Of a DNA stretch of 64,000 nucleotides, positions 40,128 to 53,000 are shown piece by piece. The DNA is taken from NCBI GenBank assembly GCA_034780895.1, contig JAUZTB010000098.1, positions 72,718,014 to 72,782,013 of the forward strand. The letters run 5' to 3'. How positions within the stretch are numbered: position 1 is the stretch's first letter; each line of letters begins with the position of its first letter. A program made the translations under genes and the position numbers. This DNA is from Rhynchobatus australiae. Its lineage: Eukaryota. Under the pieces are notes generated by a model. The model was given only the letters and a program-made list of their open reading frames with translations. It was not told the origin of the DNA and made no database searches.

Positions 40128-40465
40128 GCTGGGCAGCACAGTTGAACAGCAAGTTGAACTGCTGCCTTACAGTCCAGCAACACCGGTTCAATCCTGATCT
40201 CAGGTGCTATCCATGTGGAGTTTGCAGAGATTTTTCCTGTGATTGCGTGGCTTTTCTCCGGCTGCTCGAGTTTCCTTTGACATTCCAAAGACTTGCAGGT
40301 TGGTAGGTTAATTGACCACTGTAAATCACCCCTAGTGTGCAAGTGAGAATCTGGGGAGAGTTGATGGAAATGCAGAGACTAAAATGGCATTAGTGCAAAT
40401 GGGTGCTTGATGGTCGATATGGACTCAATGGGCTGAAGGGTCTATTTCTAAGCTGTATGATACTA
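40128..40465 (+). mobile_element. tRNA-derived SINE with CR1-derived tail
   Basis: B-box CCGGTTCAATCC, core gtggagtttgc..gcgtggcttttctccggctgctc..gcaggttggtaggttaattgacc, tail atgggctgaagggtct..tgtatga. Confidence 0.85.
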
Positions 40466-40559
40466 CAGCTCAATAAGATAAAAATCTGAGTGGCTGCTCA
40501 TTCTGGCTATTGTTATCATGGGGGAAGTTTACATACCATGTAACTCTGACAAACAATCC

Positions 40560-41735
40560 ACTCTACAGTAGGTCTAGAGCAGATGTAATCTCATTGGCTC
40601 TTCACTCGGCTTTGGAGCACCTAGACAACAGCAATGTATATATCAAGCTGCTGTTCATCGATTACAGCTTGGCGTTCAACAACATCATCCCCTTAGTACT
40701 AATCAACAAGCTCAAAATTTGGGCCTTTGTACCTCCCTCTGCAACTGGATCCTTAACTTCCTGATCAGGACACCACTGTCAGTGCAGTCGGTAATAACAT
40801 CTCCTCCTTGCTGACAATCAATGCAGGTACACCTCAAGGATGTGTGCTTAGCCCACTGCTCTATTCTCTCTACACTCATGACTGTGTGGCTAGGCACAGC
40901 TCAAATGCCATCTTTAAATTCGCTGATGANNNNNNNNNNCACTGTTGTTGGCAGAATCTCAGATGGTGCTGAGGAGGTGTACAGGAGCGAGATAGATTGA
41001 CTGGTTGACTGGTGTCGCAACAACAACCTCGCAGTCAACTTCAGCAAGACCAAGGAATTGATTGTGGACTTCAGGAAGGGGAAGTTGGGAGAATACACAC
41101 CAGTCCTCAGTGAGGGGTCAGGGGTAGAAAGTGTGAGCAACTTCAAGTTCCTGGGAATCAACATCTCAGAAGATCCATCGAAGGCCCAACATATTGAAGC
41201 AATCATGAAGAATGCAAGCCAATGACTCTATTTCATTAGGAGTTTGAGGAGATTTGATATGTCACCAAAGACTCTTGCAAGTTTCTATAGATGTACGATG
41301 GAGAGCATTCTGACTGGTTGCATCACTGCCTGGTAAGGAGGCTCCAATGTGCAGGATCAAAAGAGGCTGCGGAGAGATGTAGACTCAGCCAGCTCCATCA
41401 CAGGTACAACCTTCCCCACCATAGAGGGCATCTTCAAGAGGTGGTGCCTCAAGAATTCAGCATCCATCATTAAGGACCCTTACCATCCGGGACATGCCCT
41501 CTTCTCATTACGACCATCGGGGAGGAGGTAGAGGAGCCAGAAGACCCATACTCAACATTTCAGGAACAGCTCCTTCCCCTCTGCCATTAGATTTCTGAAC
41601 AGTTTATGAACTCTATCTCGATATTCCGCTTGTGCACTATTTTTTTTGGTGACTATAGTAATTTTTATATCTGGCACTGTTCTGCTGCTACAAAACAAGT
41701 GTATGTAAGTGATAATAAACCTGATTCTGATTCCT
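40560..41735 (+). mobile_element. Rex1/Babar LINE RT domain and 3' end
   Basis: DVISLALHSALEHLDNSNVYIKLLFIDYSLAFNNIIP, GTPQGCVLSPLLYSLYTHDC, FKFADD, SKTKELIVDFRK; tail aataaacctgattctgattc; stops and frameshifts present. Confidence 0.9.
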
Positions 41736-42646
41736 TATCACCTTTATCCACATGTGCAGTTTATTTACAAACCCTTGTTATCCCTTTGGTAAAGGCCAGG
41801 CAAAAACTGAGGCAAAGAAAATGAGAGTAATAGTGACTTTCACTGTTGATAATGTGTTGCCCAATGGTCCAGCAGATGTAGGTGAACTTCAGAAAGGACA
41901 CAGATGTTCTCCATCTCCTGGCATGGCTCTCATTCTCCTGAAGAACTGTTTCTTCAAGATCAGTCTATTAGTTGGTAATGCTTTTTGCAAACTTTATCTC
42001 TCTGTTTCTTGCCTCTCTGTTATTCATCCGTTGCATGTTCCTTCCGTTGCATGCTTGCTGCTGTATTTCCATATCCAAAGTCCAGTTAAAAGTAGTCATA
42101 ATGCTACCCAATCATGTTTAGCACACTCTTATTAAACCATGGTTTGGCTGGGTAAGGTGTTACTAGCCAAGCTTCTATTTCCAATTCTTCTAAAAGCAAA
42201 TTTGCACAAATGATTGTGATGCCCGAGAAAGTGGAATGATTTTTACTTAGTAATGTAACAGATGGAAGGCAATAGGATTAGAATAACCACAAATCAGAAC
42301 AAGGAATTTAATCACAATATTATCTCACATTGGGGATGCAGAGGACTTTGAGGAAAAAGTTTGAGAAGTAAATGTGTGGGGACTATTCTTAAGGTAACAT
42401 CTNNNNNNNNNNNNNNNNNNNNNNNNNNNNNNNNNNNNNNNNNNNNNNNNNNNNNNNNNNNNNNNNNNNNNNNNNNNNNNNNNNNNNNNNNNNNNNNNNN
42501 NNNNNNNNNNNNNNNNNNNNNNNNNNNNNNNNNNNNNNNNGAAGTTGGGGCAAAAGAATTCTATACTCTCAAAGGAAATTCTTGGCTATGCAAGTATCCT
42601 TTTGTATTCATAATATGCATCTCTTAAAAATATAATTGTGTCCAAA

Positions 42647-42671
42647 ATATATATATATATATATATATATA
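42647..42671. repeat. (AT)12 microsatellite
   Basis: Directly visible. Confidence 0.95.
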
Positions 42672-44203
42672 ATAAATAATTCAAATGTTATTCTTATATT
42701 CTACTCTGTATTCTGTATTAGGAGAATCAAGGATAACTTGAAGAATAATTATTTTGTTAATAGTTTCCTTCAATATCGAGTAGCTTGATTGGATAACAGT
42801 GGACTAGTACCCAATTGCTCTCTAACTATCCAATGTACAGGTGACCAATCACCCTTTAAGCCTCAAGACCCTTCTGTTATTAAAGTGTCACCCCATCTCT
42901 TCTTTCTATGACTCTGCTGGGAGATTGACAGCAAGAGAATAGCAGGAAGCAGAGGGAGAGGAATGATAATTAAACTGATGTCTAATACAAATAAAATACA
43001 TTGATTCAAAAATTAATGCTGGAAATCTAAAATTAAAATCAAAAAATCAACTCTCAGCAAGGAAGGAAGTCTCTTTTTTGATTGATTGCTGAGTATTTCC
43101 AGCATTTCTACTTCCATTTAAATATATTAATTTTTAAATGCACCAAATGCTTCAAATGATCTCACTGTTTTAGTTTGAACAAGCCATCTATATAAACATC
43201 AAAGATGTCTTCATTTTGGTTGGATTGGGATGCTTGTACTTATGCTATCCTGTCTGTCTGCAACAAAATAAAATGTGGTGAATCAGAACATTGGCTTCAT
43301 TTCCTCAGGCTTTACATTGGCCGACTACCTCTCACAAGCAAATGGTATTTATACTGGCAAAAAGTACTTTTATCTTTTAGTGCTACAACATCAATATGTT
43401 CAGACTTCTGTTCCGAGTCCAATGTTTGCTGATTTCCGCTCCCAACTCTACATTATTCTTTTATGTGCTCCATAACTAAATGTCACATAATCAAATGTCA
43501 CTTGATCAAATCTTTAAGAATTTATACAAATTCAGTTGGCAACCTGTCCCCACTCCATAGCACAACTCCCATTTAACAATATGAACTGCAATGTATAAGC
43601 AAGAGACATTGTGCAACCAAATTACACTAAACTAGATTACATAAACCATGTACTTTGTGAAAATCAGTGAATGCTCAGAGACAAATTGAACACTTATTAA
43701 TGTATTATTAATCAAAAGTTAAAGCATTATTTTAATAATCAATTAAACAAATGCTTTTTTTATATCTCATTTCTCCCTCCAACTAATCGTTGGCCTCCAC
43801 TGGTACCTCAGTATTCTACTGTGGAATTAGCAATTGATTGAATTTGATGAAACTACCCAAACCTACTTACCTATGTCTTTGCAGTCAAGAGATTTTCATA
43901 TATCAGCAAACCATCCAATTGCAGCCTATTATTTTAACATAACTGAATACTCGGTAAGGAAAGTGCTTACCTAAAAAGTCAAAAATAGAAATAATGCTTA
44001 GTTGGCATATATACATGCTAAATTTTGCAGTCCAGTCAAATGTTAATGCAGTACTCTGACAAGAGGATGGCATAACAATTTGGATATATTGTGGGTAACT
44101 AAGATTGGAAGGAACACAGACTGCAGAAACAGTCCTACCATTCTGCTTTACAAATCCTTAATTTGGATTGTTATAACTAACAAGTGTTTAAAAGTAAACT
44201 TGC

Positions 44204-44331
44204 CCCCCATCGAAGATCTTAATTCGCCTGGGTTCGTTGGTGCCATGCTCTTTGTCAGGATCACTGACTTGGTTTTCATACTTGTCTTTGCTGTTGTGTT
44301 CGCTAATTGCAAGTGTTCGGTTGGTGAGTGT
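44204..44331 (-). CDS. HIVEP1: HIVEP1 short exon preceding the C-terminal fingers (GC donor)
   Basis: Acceptor ttattttggacAG (44333-44332); 128 nt. TLTNRTLAISEHNSKDKYENQVSDPDKEHGTNEPRRIKIFDGG contains the family motif EPxRIKIFxGG. Donor GG|gcaagt joins in frame to the next exon. Confidence 0.9.
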
Positions 44332-47184
44332 CTGTCCAAAATAAAGAAGGAATGTACTCAGCAGTAATCACAGAAGACAAATAAGAGCTTCTATTGAGCA
44401 ACAATATGATTGACCTTAATATTTAATAGTGACCATAACATGGTTGAATTTTATGTTAAGCAAAATACATTATTAGACCAAATGAAAAGGCTTGCATAAG
44501 TGCAGGGAAAAGTACAAATCCAGGGGACTCAGAAAGCTACAACAACAAAGAGATAAAATGTAAATGGTCACTACCACATTTTAGCCTGGAGGGAAAAAAA
44601 TGATTTTCAGTTGTATAAGAGAGTAAAACAACATTAGACAATTGAATTTCTAAGCAATTATATCTTATTTCCAGCCATACTTAATGTACTTGTTCATGTG
44701 GGCTGAGAACATTCTCAACCACTGATCTTATGTTATCCTTTAATACCGGGGTTCTCTCTTCACTGGCTCCTTTACCATTTTGTCAGCTCTCCTAAGTCTC
44801 ATTACTTTGGAATACTTAATCGCCAAACATAGTCATCATGTAATCACATCTCCTCACAATTATTAGGTCAAACTCATTTATCGCAATTTGTGCCAGTTTT
44901 GTACTCAGACACATACCTTTAACACTTTCCTTAAATTATTTTTGTTTACTCAGGCACCATCACCATTATGTTCTCCATCACCTTCCTGTCTCATGAGGCT
45001 TATCATTGTCCATATTGTTAGTTTGTTTGTATGGCCTTGACTTCTTCCTTTTAACCTGCAACTTTTCCCTCACCTGAGCTCTGACTACTGCCACACACAC
45101 TCACTCACCATCATTAATGTAAAGTTCTTATTATCCTATTTGTCAGCACACTGGACCTGGCCTGGTTTAAGTGAAACTGTCCCAAAGTAATATGGCACCA
45201 CTGGTGCCAGTGTCCTATAAGTCAAATATCATTTCTCCCAGACCACTCTTTGAGTCCTGTATTTGACTCTCTAATTCATTCAAACCTATGCCAATTTGTG
45301 CATTGAGATTTGAAAGAAAGTAAGTACATTTATGTTATATATTTATAACCTTTGGATGTGTCAAAAAACTATACAGCCGAGAGATTGCTTTGAAAGTCTG
45401 ACAATAGTTGTAATGCAGGAAAATGTAGCTAACAGCGTGCCACAAAGTCTCACAGACAGCAAAGAGATGCATGATCATATGATTGTAATGAAGTTGATTA
45501 AAGCATAAACATTGGCTGGAAGGAGAGCTTCACTCTTAATAGTACTGTGGAATCTTTAATTCCCATCTAAGGGGCCAGATGTGGATTTAGTGTATGATAG
45601 TACAGTAATCCCTCAAGGCTCACTGAAGGGGCAGTCCAGATTATATACTCAAATGTTGCTAATAATGCTGAGATTACTATCCCTAGGATTTTGCATTTTA
45701 GTTGACCATTAGTTCGGTCATTCCTAGTTCTATGTTTAAAAGCCATATTTATCGGGATCCTTTCTCTGCAACTCCAGGTCCTATATAAATAATTTAATAG
45801 CAGAAACAAAAATGCAGGGAATTGAAGGTAACTGTGCAACTGGTAGGGTGAGAACGGACAGAGTGAAGATAAATAGGTCAAATTCAATAGGTGGATCGGG
45901 AGGCTTCTCACCATTAACAATTACTAAAGTGACGTGATTTATAATGAGGCAGTCCAGAACACAAAATAATTGCATGATTATATGACAAAGATTTCAAGAA
46001 CTGGGAAGCTATTTGAAATACTTTCACAGATTTTATTGTTAACATACTTTCCTCTTGCATAATATTATCCAATCAATACTTCCATCTACACTGATATTGA
46101 TTTTACATTTAAAGCCTCAAAGTGAACAGTTTTTGTGTGCCCAATCTTCTCTGTAATCTCTTACAAGAACATTTGCCTACAAGAACAGGTCATTATCCAG
46201 AATGACCACAATTGCTGACAACCCCTTTAGTGATTGGTGAACTCAGTATTGTGACTCTTCTATCAAGAAACTCAGCATTTGAATATAATCACATCCTCTT
46301 TTTCAGAAACTTAGTTGCTTTATTCAATTTTCAAGAGAGGTAAAAGCCCAATAATTAAACATCAGGTGGCCAACAATTTCATTAAGATAAATAATTTAAA
46401 ATGCCTTCAGGAATTTCCAGCAAGCATTTACAGTACTGAGCCAATAAGAAACCCTTATTCCAGTCAGGAAGTAATATGAAGCAAAACTGTAAAAAGGGAA
46501 AAGCAAGGTTAGGGTAGAAAAATGCCTCAGTTAAGAGCACTTCATTGTAATGTGCTATACTTGTAATATTGAATATCAAATAACCTCAGTTTGGAATTTA
46601 TAATGTGAATTTGTCAAATTATTGATAATGCAGCTGGAGGCTAATTTCTGTGGCAGAACAAAAATAGACCTAAAAAGACCTGCTACCATTCTGCTGGTTA
46701 CGTGATGCCACAATCACTGAATTGCTAACTAATAGTGACATTTAATGAGGTGAGAAACACCTAAGTGCCTCTGGAAATGTTGATTCAAGGTTATCTGTTG
46801 TTCTCAAATGTGCTATATTTATCGTGTCCTTTCTTACTGTGCCCATACGGTAATCCAAACCTGACTTGCATTTGAATGAATCAATATTATCTGCTTTCAC
46901 ATCTCTCTCAGGAGTTTTTAAAATGCATTTGAAGGGATTGACTGCCCCTTCAATGAGCATTGAGAGATTACTGTACTATCGGATACTGAATCCAAGTGGG
47001 AGCCAAAGATTCCACAGCACTGTTTATAGTGGAGCTCTGGTCCAGCCAATGTTTATCCTTCAACCAACTTCATTATGATCACATGATCATGCATCTCTTT
47101 GCTGTTTGTGGGACTTTGCTGTATGTTGTTAATAAGTTTTTTGTGCATTACAATGATAGTCAGGTTTTCAAAGCAATCATTTCA

Positions 47185-47815
47185 ACAGCCTTTCCCATTC
47201 CCACACTGACCTGTCTATCCTCTGCCCTTTCCACTGCCACAGTGAGACCAAACTCAAACTAGAAGCACCTCATATTCTGCTTGGGNNNNNNNNNNNNNNN
47301 NNNNNNNNNNNNNNNNNNNNNNNNNNNNNNNNNNNNNNNNNNNNNNNNNNNNNNNNNNNNNNNNNNNNNNNNNNNNNNNNNNNNNNNNNNNNNNNNNNNN
47401 NNNNNNNNNNNNNNNNNNNNNNNNNNNNNNNNNNNNNNNNNNNNNNNNNNNNNNNNNNNNNNNNNNNNNNNNNNNNNNNNNNNNNNNNNNNNNNNNNNNN
47501 NNNNNNNNNNNNNNNNNNNNNNNNNNNNNNNNNNNNNNNNNNNNNNNNNNNNNNNNNNNNNNNNNNNNNNNNNNNNNNNNNNNNNNNNNNNNNNNNNNNN
47601 NNNNNNNNNNNNNNNNNNNNNNNNNNNNNNNNNNNNNNNNNNNNNNNNNNNNNNNNNNNNNNNNNNNNCTCTGTCTCTTCCCTCCCTCTCACATCTGTAT
47701 ACAGGCCATCTTCCCTCTACACTCTCCGCCCTGATGGATGGTCTCGACCCAAAATCTCGACCATTCCTTTGTCCACTGTTTGACCCACTAAGACTTTCCA
47801 GCTATTTATTTTTTG
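47185..47815 (+). mobile_element. Penelope-like element, GIY-YIG C-terminal remnant and pyrimidine-rich tail (gapped)
   Basis: cccattcccacactgacctgtctatcctc..ccactgccacagtgagaccaaactcaaactagaagcacctcatattctgcttggg (cf. HCQxEAxRKLEEQHLIFRLG). Confidence 0.6.
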
Positions 47816-47959
47816 TTTTAAAAGCAATCTGTTGTCTGCTAAGTTCTTTGACATAGGTCAAAAATGCAAATGTATTTTCTTTCTTTCTTTCAAATCTCAG
47901 GTTTCACCTTCACAAAGATGCCAAATCAAAAGATCCAATGTGTTCCCAAAATCATGCAA

Positions 47960-48830
47960 TCCAGCAGTAGTAACCCACTTCCAACATAATCAAGGATCCC
48001 TCCCACCCTGGTCATTCTCCCTTCTCCTCTGTTCCATCCAGCGCTGCATACAAAAGCTTGAGAACATGTACCACCAGGTTCAAGGACAGCTTCTACCTCA
48101 CTACCATAAAACTCTTCAATGGATCTCTAGGGATTGGGAACACTGGATGACTTTTACCTCCCTTTCAATATTCGATCCTGCTTAATTCCACTCTCCCCTA
48201 ATTCCCCAAGCCCTTTAGTAACAGTAGAACAAAGGAACCTGGGAATAGAGATCCATAGCTCCTTGAAAGTGGCATCACAGGTAGATAGGGTGGTAAAGAG
48301 AACTTTTGGCACTTTGGCCTTCATAAATCAGGACACTGAGTACAGGAGTTGGGATGTTATATTGAAGTTGTACACGACATTGGTGAGGCTGAATTTAGAG
48401 TATTGTGTGCAATTCTGGTCACCTACCTACAGGAAAGATATCAATAAGCTTGAAAGAGTGAAAATTTACACAGATGTTGCCGGGACTTGAGGGCCTGAAT
48501 TGTAGGGAAAGATTAAACAGGTTAGGACTTTATTCCCTGGAGCACAGGAGAATGAGGGGAGATCTTATAGAGGTATACAAAATTATGAGGGGCATAGAGA
48601 GGATGAAAGGTTAAGATTTAGGTTTAAGACATAGGTTTAGGGTGAAAGGTGAAATATTTAAGAGGAATCTGAGGGGGAACTTCTTCACTCAGAGGGCGGT
48701 GCGAGTGTGGAACGAGCTGCCAGAAGTGGTAGATGCGGGTTCAATTGTATATTTAAGAGAGGTTTGGATAGGTCCATGGATGAGAGGGGTTTGAAGGGAT
48801 ACGGTTCGGATGCAAGATTGGCATGGACTT
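47960..48830 (+). mobile_element. Rex1 3' fragment (~47960-48125) followed by CR1 3' fragment (~48215-48830)
   Basis: IIKDPSHPGHS..TTRFKDSF, then EQRNLGIEIHSSLKVASQVDRVVKRTFGTLAFI..LEYCVQFWSP. Confidence 0.85.
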
Positions 48831-50010
48831 ATAAATACACTTCTAAATACTATTTAAATAAAAATATAATTTTAGGAAAAATTAAATTTGACTTGAGTTT
48901 CTGTTGATTTTTAGCTCTGATATTATTCCTGCATCCCATAAAAGTTTATCAATGTTGGGTTATTAGACAACAGATTGTCACCTTGAACTGTGTCACAGCA
49001 GACGAACTAAATTAATTCATACAGTTTTCAGATGTCTCATTTATTCTGCCTGTTATTACTATAATGCCAAGTGAAAATGTGTAGTATAACAGTTATAGTT
49101 GCTTCAATTAGTAACAAGAAACTTGAATTTCTAATGCATTTAACAATAAAATGTCACGGGGCATTTCAATGGAGTGTTATCAATGAATTCAGCACTAAGG
49201 AAGATGAAGAGCAGGTGAGCAAGAACTCGATTAAATAAGTCAATTTGAAGAAACATCTTGAATGGATGAGAGGTAAGAAGTGGATAGATTTATGGAGGAA
49301 TTCAAGAACCTGGCAACTGAAAGCATGGCTGCCAATGATGGTGTGATTAATATCAGAATGCACAAGAACTCTTATGTATCTCAGAGGGATATAGGATTAG
49401 AGATGAGAGGAGTGTTGAAATGGAGGAAGTTAGAAACAAGAATGAGAATTTTCAAATATGCTTAATGGGGAGCCAATTTAGGTCCTGAACAGGACAGTGT
49501 GAGTTACAACCATTGACACAGTTTAGAATGACCTCACAAAAAGAGAGGTTGGCCAATAGAACTTTGGAACAAGCAAGTCTAGTGGTAATAAAAGCACATA
49601 TGAGGGTTTCAGCAGCAGATGAGCTGGGATCAGTCCAAGGTTGGGCAATATTAGGGAGGCAGAAATAGGCAGGCTCAATGGGGACACAAATACAGTTGGA
49701 AGCTCATTTCGGTGTCCAATAGGACAGAAGGTTCAGTCTCAAATGGTTACTGTAAAGAGGGATACAGCCAGTGGCCAAGTATTGGAGTTTTAATGTGGAG
49801 CCTGAAAACAGTTGTAATGGTCTTCCTGATATTTAACATGAGGAAATTGTAAGTCGTCATTTTAAGTGTCACTAATACCTCCATCAAATCCTCTCTGAAC
49901 TGATGGCTTGAATATCTAAGCCTGTGCCATACTGGCCTCCAAGTCATACAGCTTTCCCTGTCAAATTGTTAGCAAAGCCAAGAGATTGGTCAAGCAAAAA
50001 TTGTTAATAC

Positions 50011-53000
50011 CTTGGACTTATCAGCTTTCCACTTGCTTGAAGATACTAATATGCCAGAATGAAGCAGTGTGTTTTTCGCTTGTGTGTACATCATTTTTTT
50101 TATCTTCTGCTTTGGATTGAGAAGACCAAGTATGACTTTAGTTGGTAAACCCAGTGGATTGGGATTGTGAGGGCTGACGTGCCAAGTTGAATATGCAGAG
50201 AAATTTTTGTCTACTTGCTGGGTATGTAGGGGCTTGCAATTTTTCAGATAACACCAACTAAAACTTGTTGAAGTCTTCAGAGTTGAAAGTGTTGCACATT
50301 GTACATCTCGTGTACTTGTGATTGGAAAGGAAGCTCTCACTTTTATTTGGGCTTGATTGCTTGCTGGTTGTATTTGGTCATTACTTGATGCAGATATATC
50401 ACCCTGAGCATTAGTGAGTGACTTCAACAGAGTAGTATTTGGTTGTGGGGAACCAGAGAATATGATTATAGGTGATTTTTGAATAACAGTCCCTGAAGAA
50501 GAGGAAGAACCTTCAGATTCCAGAGCTTCTCTTGAAAGAACCGGCTTTGTTGGTGAGCTGTTGAGGTCTAAGATTTGAGAGTTGTTTTTCAGAGTACCTT
50601 CTTGCTCAACAGGCAGTGTGCTCTCCACCTGATCGGTTGTGCAGTGCTGCCTCACTAACATGGGCTTCTTTAGCTTAGTCATTTCAACAGATTCGGTGCT
50701 TTGTAACACCACTGGTGTCACTTTACCAGAACTTGCAGATCCACTTTCATCCTTAACGCGTTTCTGATGTTTTTCCATTGCAATATCTAAACTATTTGCC
50801 GGTGATAGCATGCGTTTACTAGTACCAGTAGGTTCTTGTGCAAGTAGACAGTCGGATGGCATTTTTGATCCACTCGCTACAAGGGCAGTTCTGCTTTCAT
50901 TATGGGCATGAGAATTTTCAGAAACAGCAGACATCTTAGTTTTATTTTGTTGGGCTTCCAGATAATCCTTTGATCCTGAAGGCATTTCCTCAGAGGTGTN
51001 NNNNNNNNNNNNNNNNNNNNNNNNNNNNNNNNNNNNNNNNNNNNNNNNNNNNNNNNNNNNNNNNNNNNNNNNNNNNNNNNNNNNNNNNNNNNNNNNNNNC
51101 AGAGGTGTTTGAATTTACCGGATCATCAAATTTACAAATCACCAGAGCTTGCTGGTTTGTTTGATCTTGTGTGACCAGAATCTGAGGCAATGTTGTATGG
51201 ATAGCAGTGTTATAAGTGGGTTTCCCACTCTGGATAACCAGAGAAGCTCCAGGCTGTAGTTGGTTGGATAGCTGGCCAGGATGGATATGTGGGACCGGAG
51301 GGACCAAGTACAAATTTGAGATAATCTCCAGTGACTTGTTTGAAATATTTGAAGTTACCCCAGTTGATCCTAGAGTGAAAGGAATAGACAGGGGAATGAC
51401 TGGCAGGTGGGATGTAATGTTAGGAAGTATACATGGCTGGCCGGATTGTTTTTGAACAATTTGAAGCTGGTATTTAGGAGCATATGTATTTTCTTCAGTT
51501 GCAGGAGGAAGAGATATAATTGGACATAATTTCTGTTGATCTACTGCTATTTTTGCAGGCAGTACCTTTAGGTTTCCTTGTGTAACTGAACACGTCTCAG
51601 ATTTCTGAGCAAGAGATGTTTGAACTAAGGGTTGTTTAATTTGGATTTGGTTGTTTAAGTTTACTTCTTGTATTGAAGACTGTGGCTCACGGTGAACTAT
51701 GTGTCGAAGTTGTGTCACACATGACAACTGATGCTGTGAAGTTAAGAAGGACACAGGAGATAACCTATTCGATAAGGATCTTTTGAGTTGTGGCAGGGCC
51801 GCTACCTGCAGAGTTAGATTTTGCTGGAATAAACTGGAAGGCAAAACCTGAGGTTGAGGAATATCTGGGCCAATACTCAAAGACATCTGTCGTACAAGAG
51901 GACCTCTTCTCCTTTCAATAAGTGAGACAGAACCAGAAGCTATTAATTCAGAAGCCACTGTTGAAATCATTTCCATTGAAACTTCTGGTGATGTAGATAT
52001 TGATGTGGATATGATACTGCAATCAAATGACTTGCTACGAATTCCTGCAGCAACCTCTGTAGGTGGCGGCACACTAGTAGTCTGTTCAGATGCAGCACGC
52101 CTCATTTCTCTGTAATGTGGATTGGGAACACCAAGTGTATTTGAACGACTAACTAGAGCCAATTCAGATGATTTAATAAGTGCTTCCAGCTTGGACGGAC
52201 TTTCAGTCCTTGGAATGTCCTCTCTATCAAAAGAGGCTGAGAGACTGGAACAAGACAGGTTGCTCTCCTGACTGAAACTCCTTGACAGCGTTGAATCAAA
52301 GCTGGATTCACCAGACGAATGCTCCATCTCAGCCAAGCGGATTCGTTTCTTTTTTGGTGGTAGCTTCTCTGTTGGTAGGTTTGACAGTGTCTCACTCCTC
52401 TGAGGCCAATGAAATTTCTCTGCCTGCTCATTTCCTTGCACGTCCTGCTCCTGGTCTGGTTCCTCTGTGACCAAAATCTCTGGAACCTGGATGTTATGTT
52501 GGCGCACCAGTCTTAGCTGCTGCAGCGGAGTGCAATCAGCGGATGACGATCTCAAAAGTTCGCATGTTGCTGCCCTCGATATCCCAGGATTGGGTTGCTG
52601 TTGGGAAGAGGATTGACTGCAAGCATCTTCTTTACCACTTATAAATACAGAAAGCTGCATAGCTTCATTATGGGTTTCTTTTTCTTGCACAGGAGCAGGA
52701 GAACTTCTGTCTACTGATTCAGACTGTTCAAATGAATTGGGCCTGCTCAACGAATTTGTGTGTTGGATTACAGACACACCACTGCTGGTCCTACTTAAAT
52801 CTCGCTCTTGTGATGGTGAGGGTAATGGTTTAGTTTGGATTTCATTGCTAAAAGTCACTGGATCCTCCAGGGAATGTTCCTTGCTGCCAGACTGAAGGTG
52901 CTCCCCTGGTAGACTTTTCACACTAACAGTCAGGGGTTGGCTGCTGCCACCTAAATTGTTCTGATGAGTTGTAGCACTTAACTGATCTGATACAGATTCT

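Noticed and set aside
44148-44339. Listed 63-aa minus-strand ORF (MDRHSPTEH...)
   Set aside because: Wrong frame; the real exon uses another frame (..EPRRIKIFDGG).
49990-50985. 331-aa ORF as a separate gene
   Set aside because: It is the 3' end of the large HIVEP1 exon, split off by the false gap at 51000-51099.
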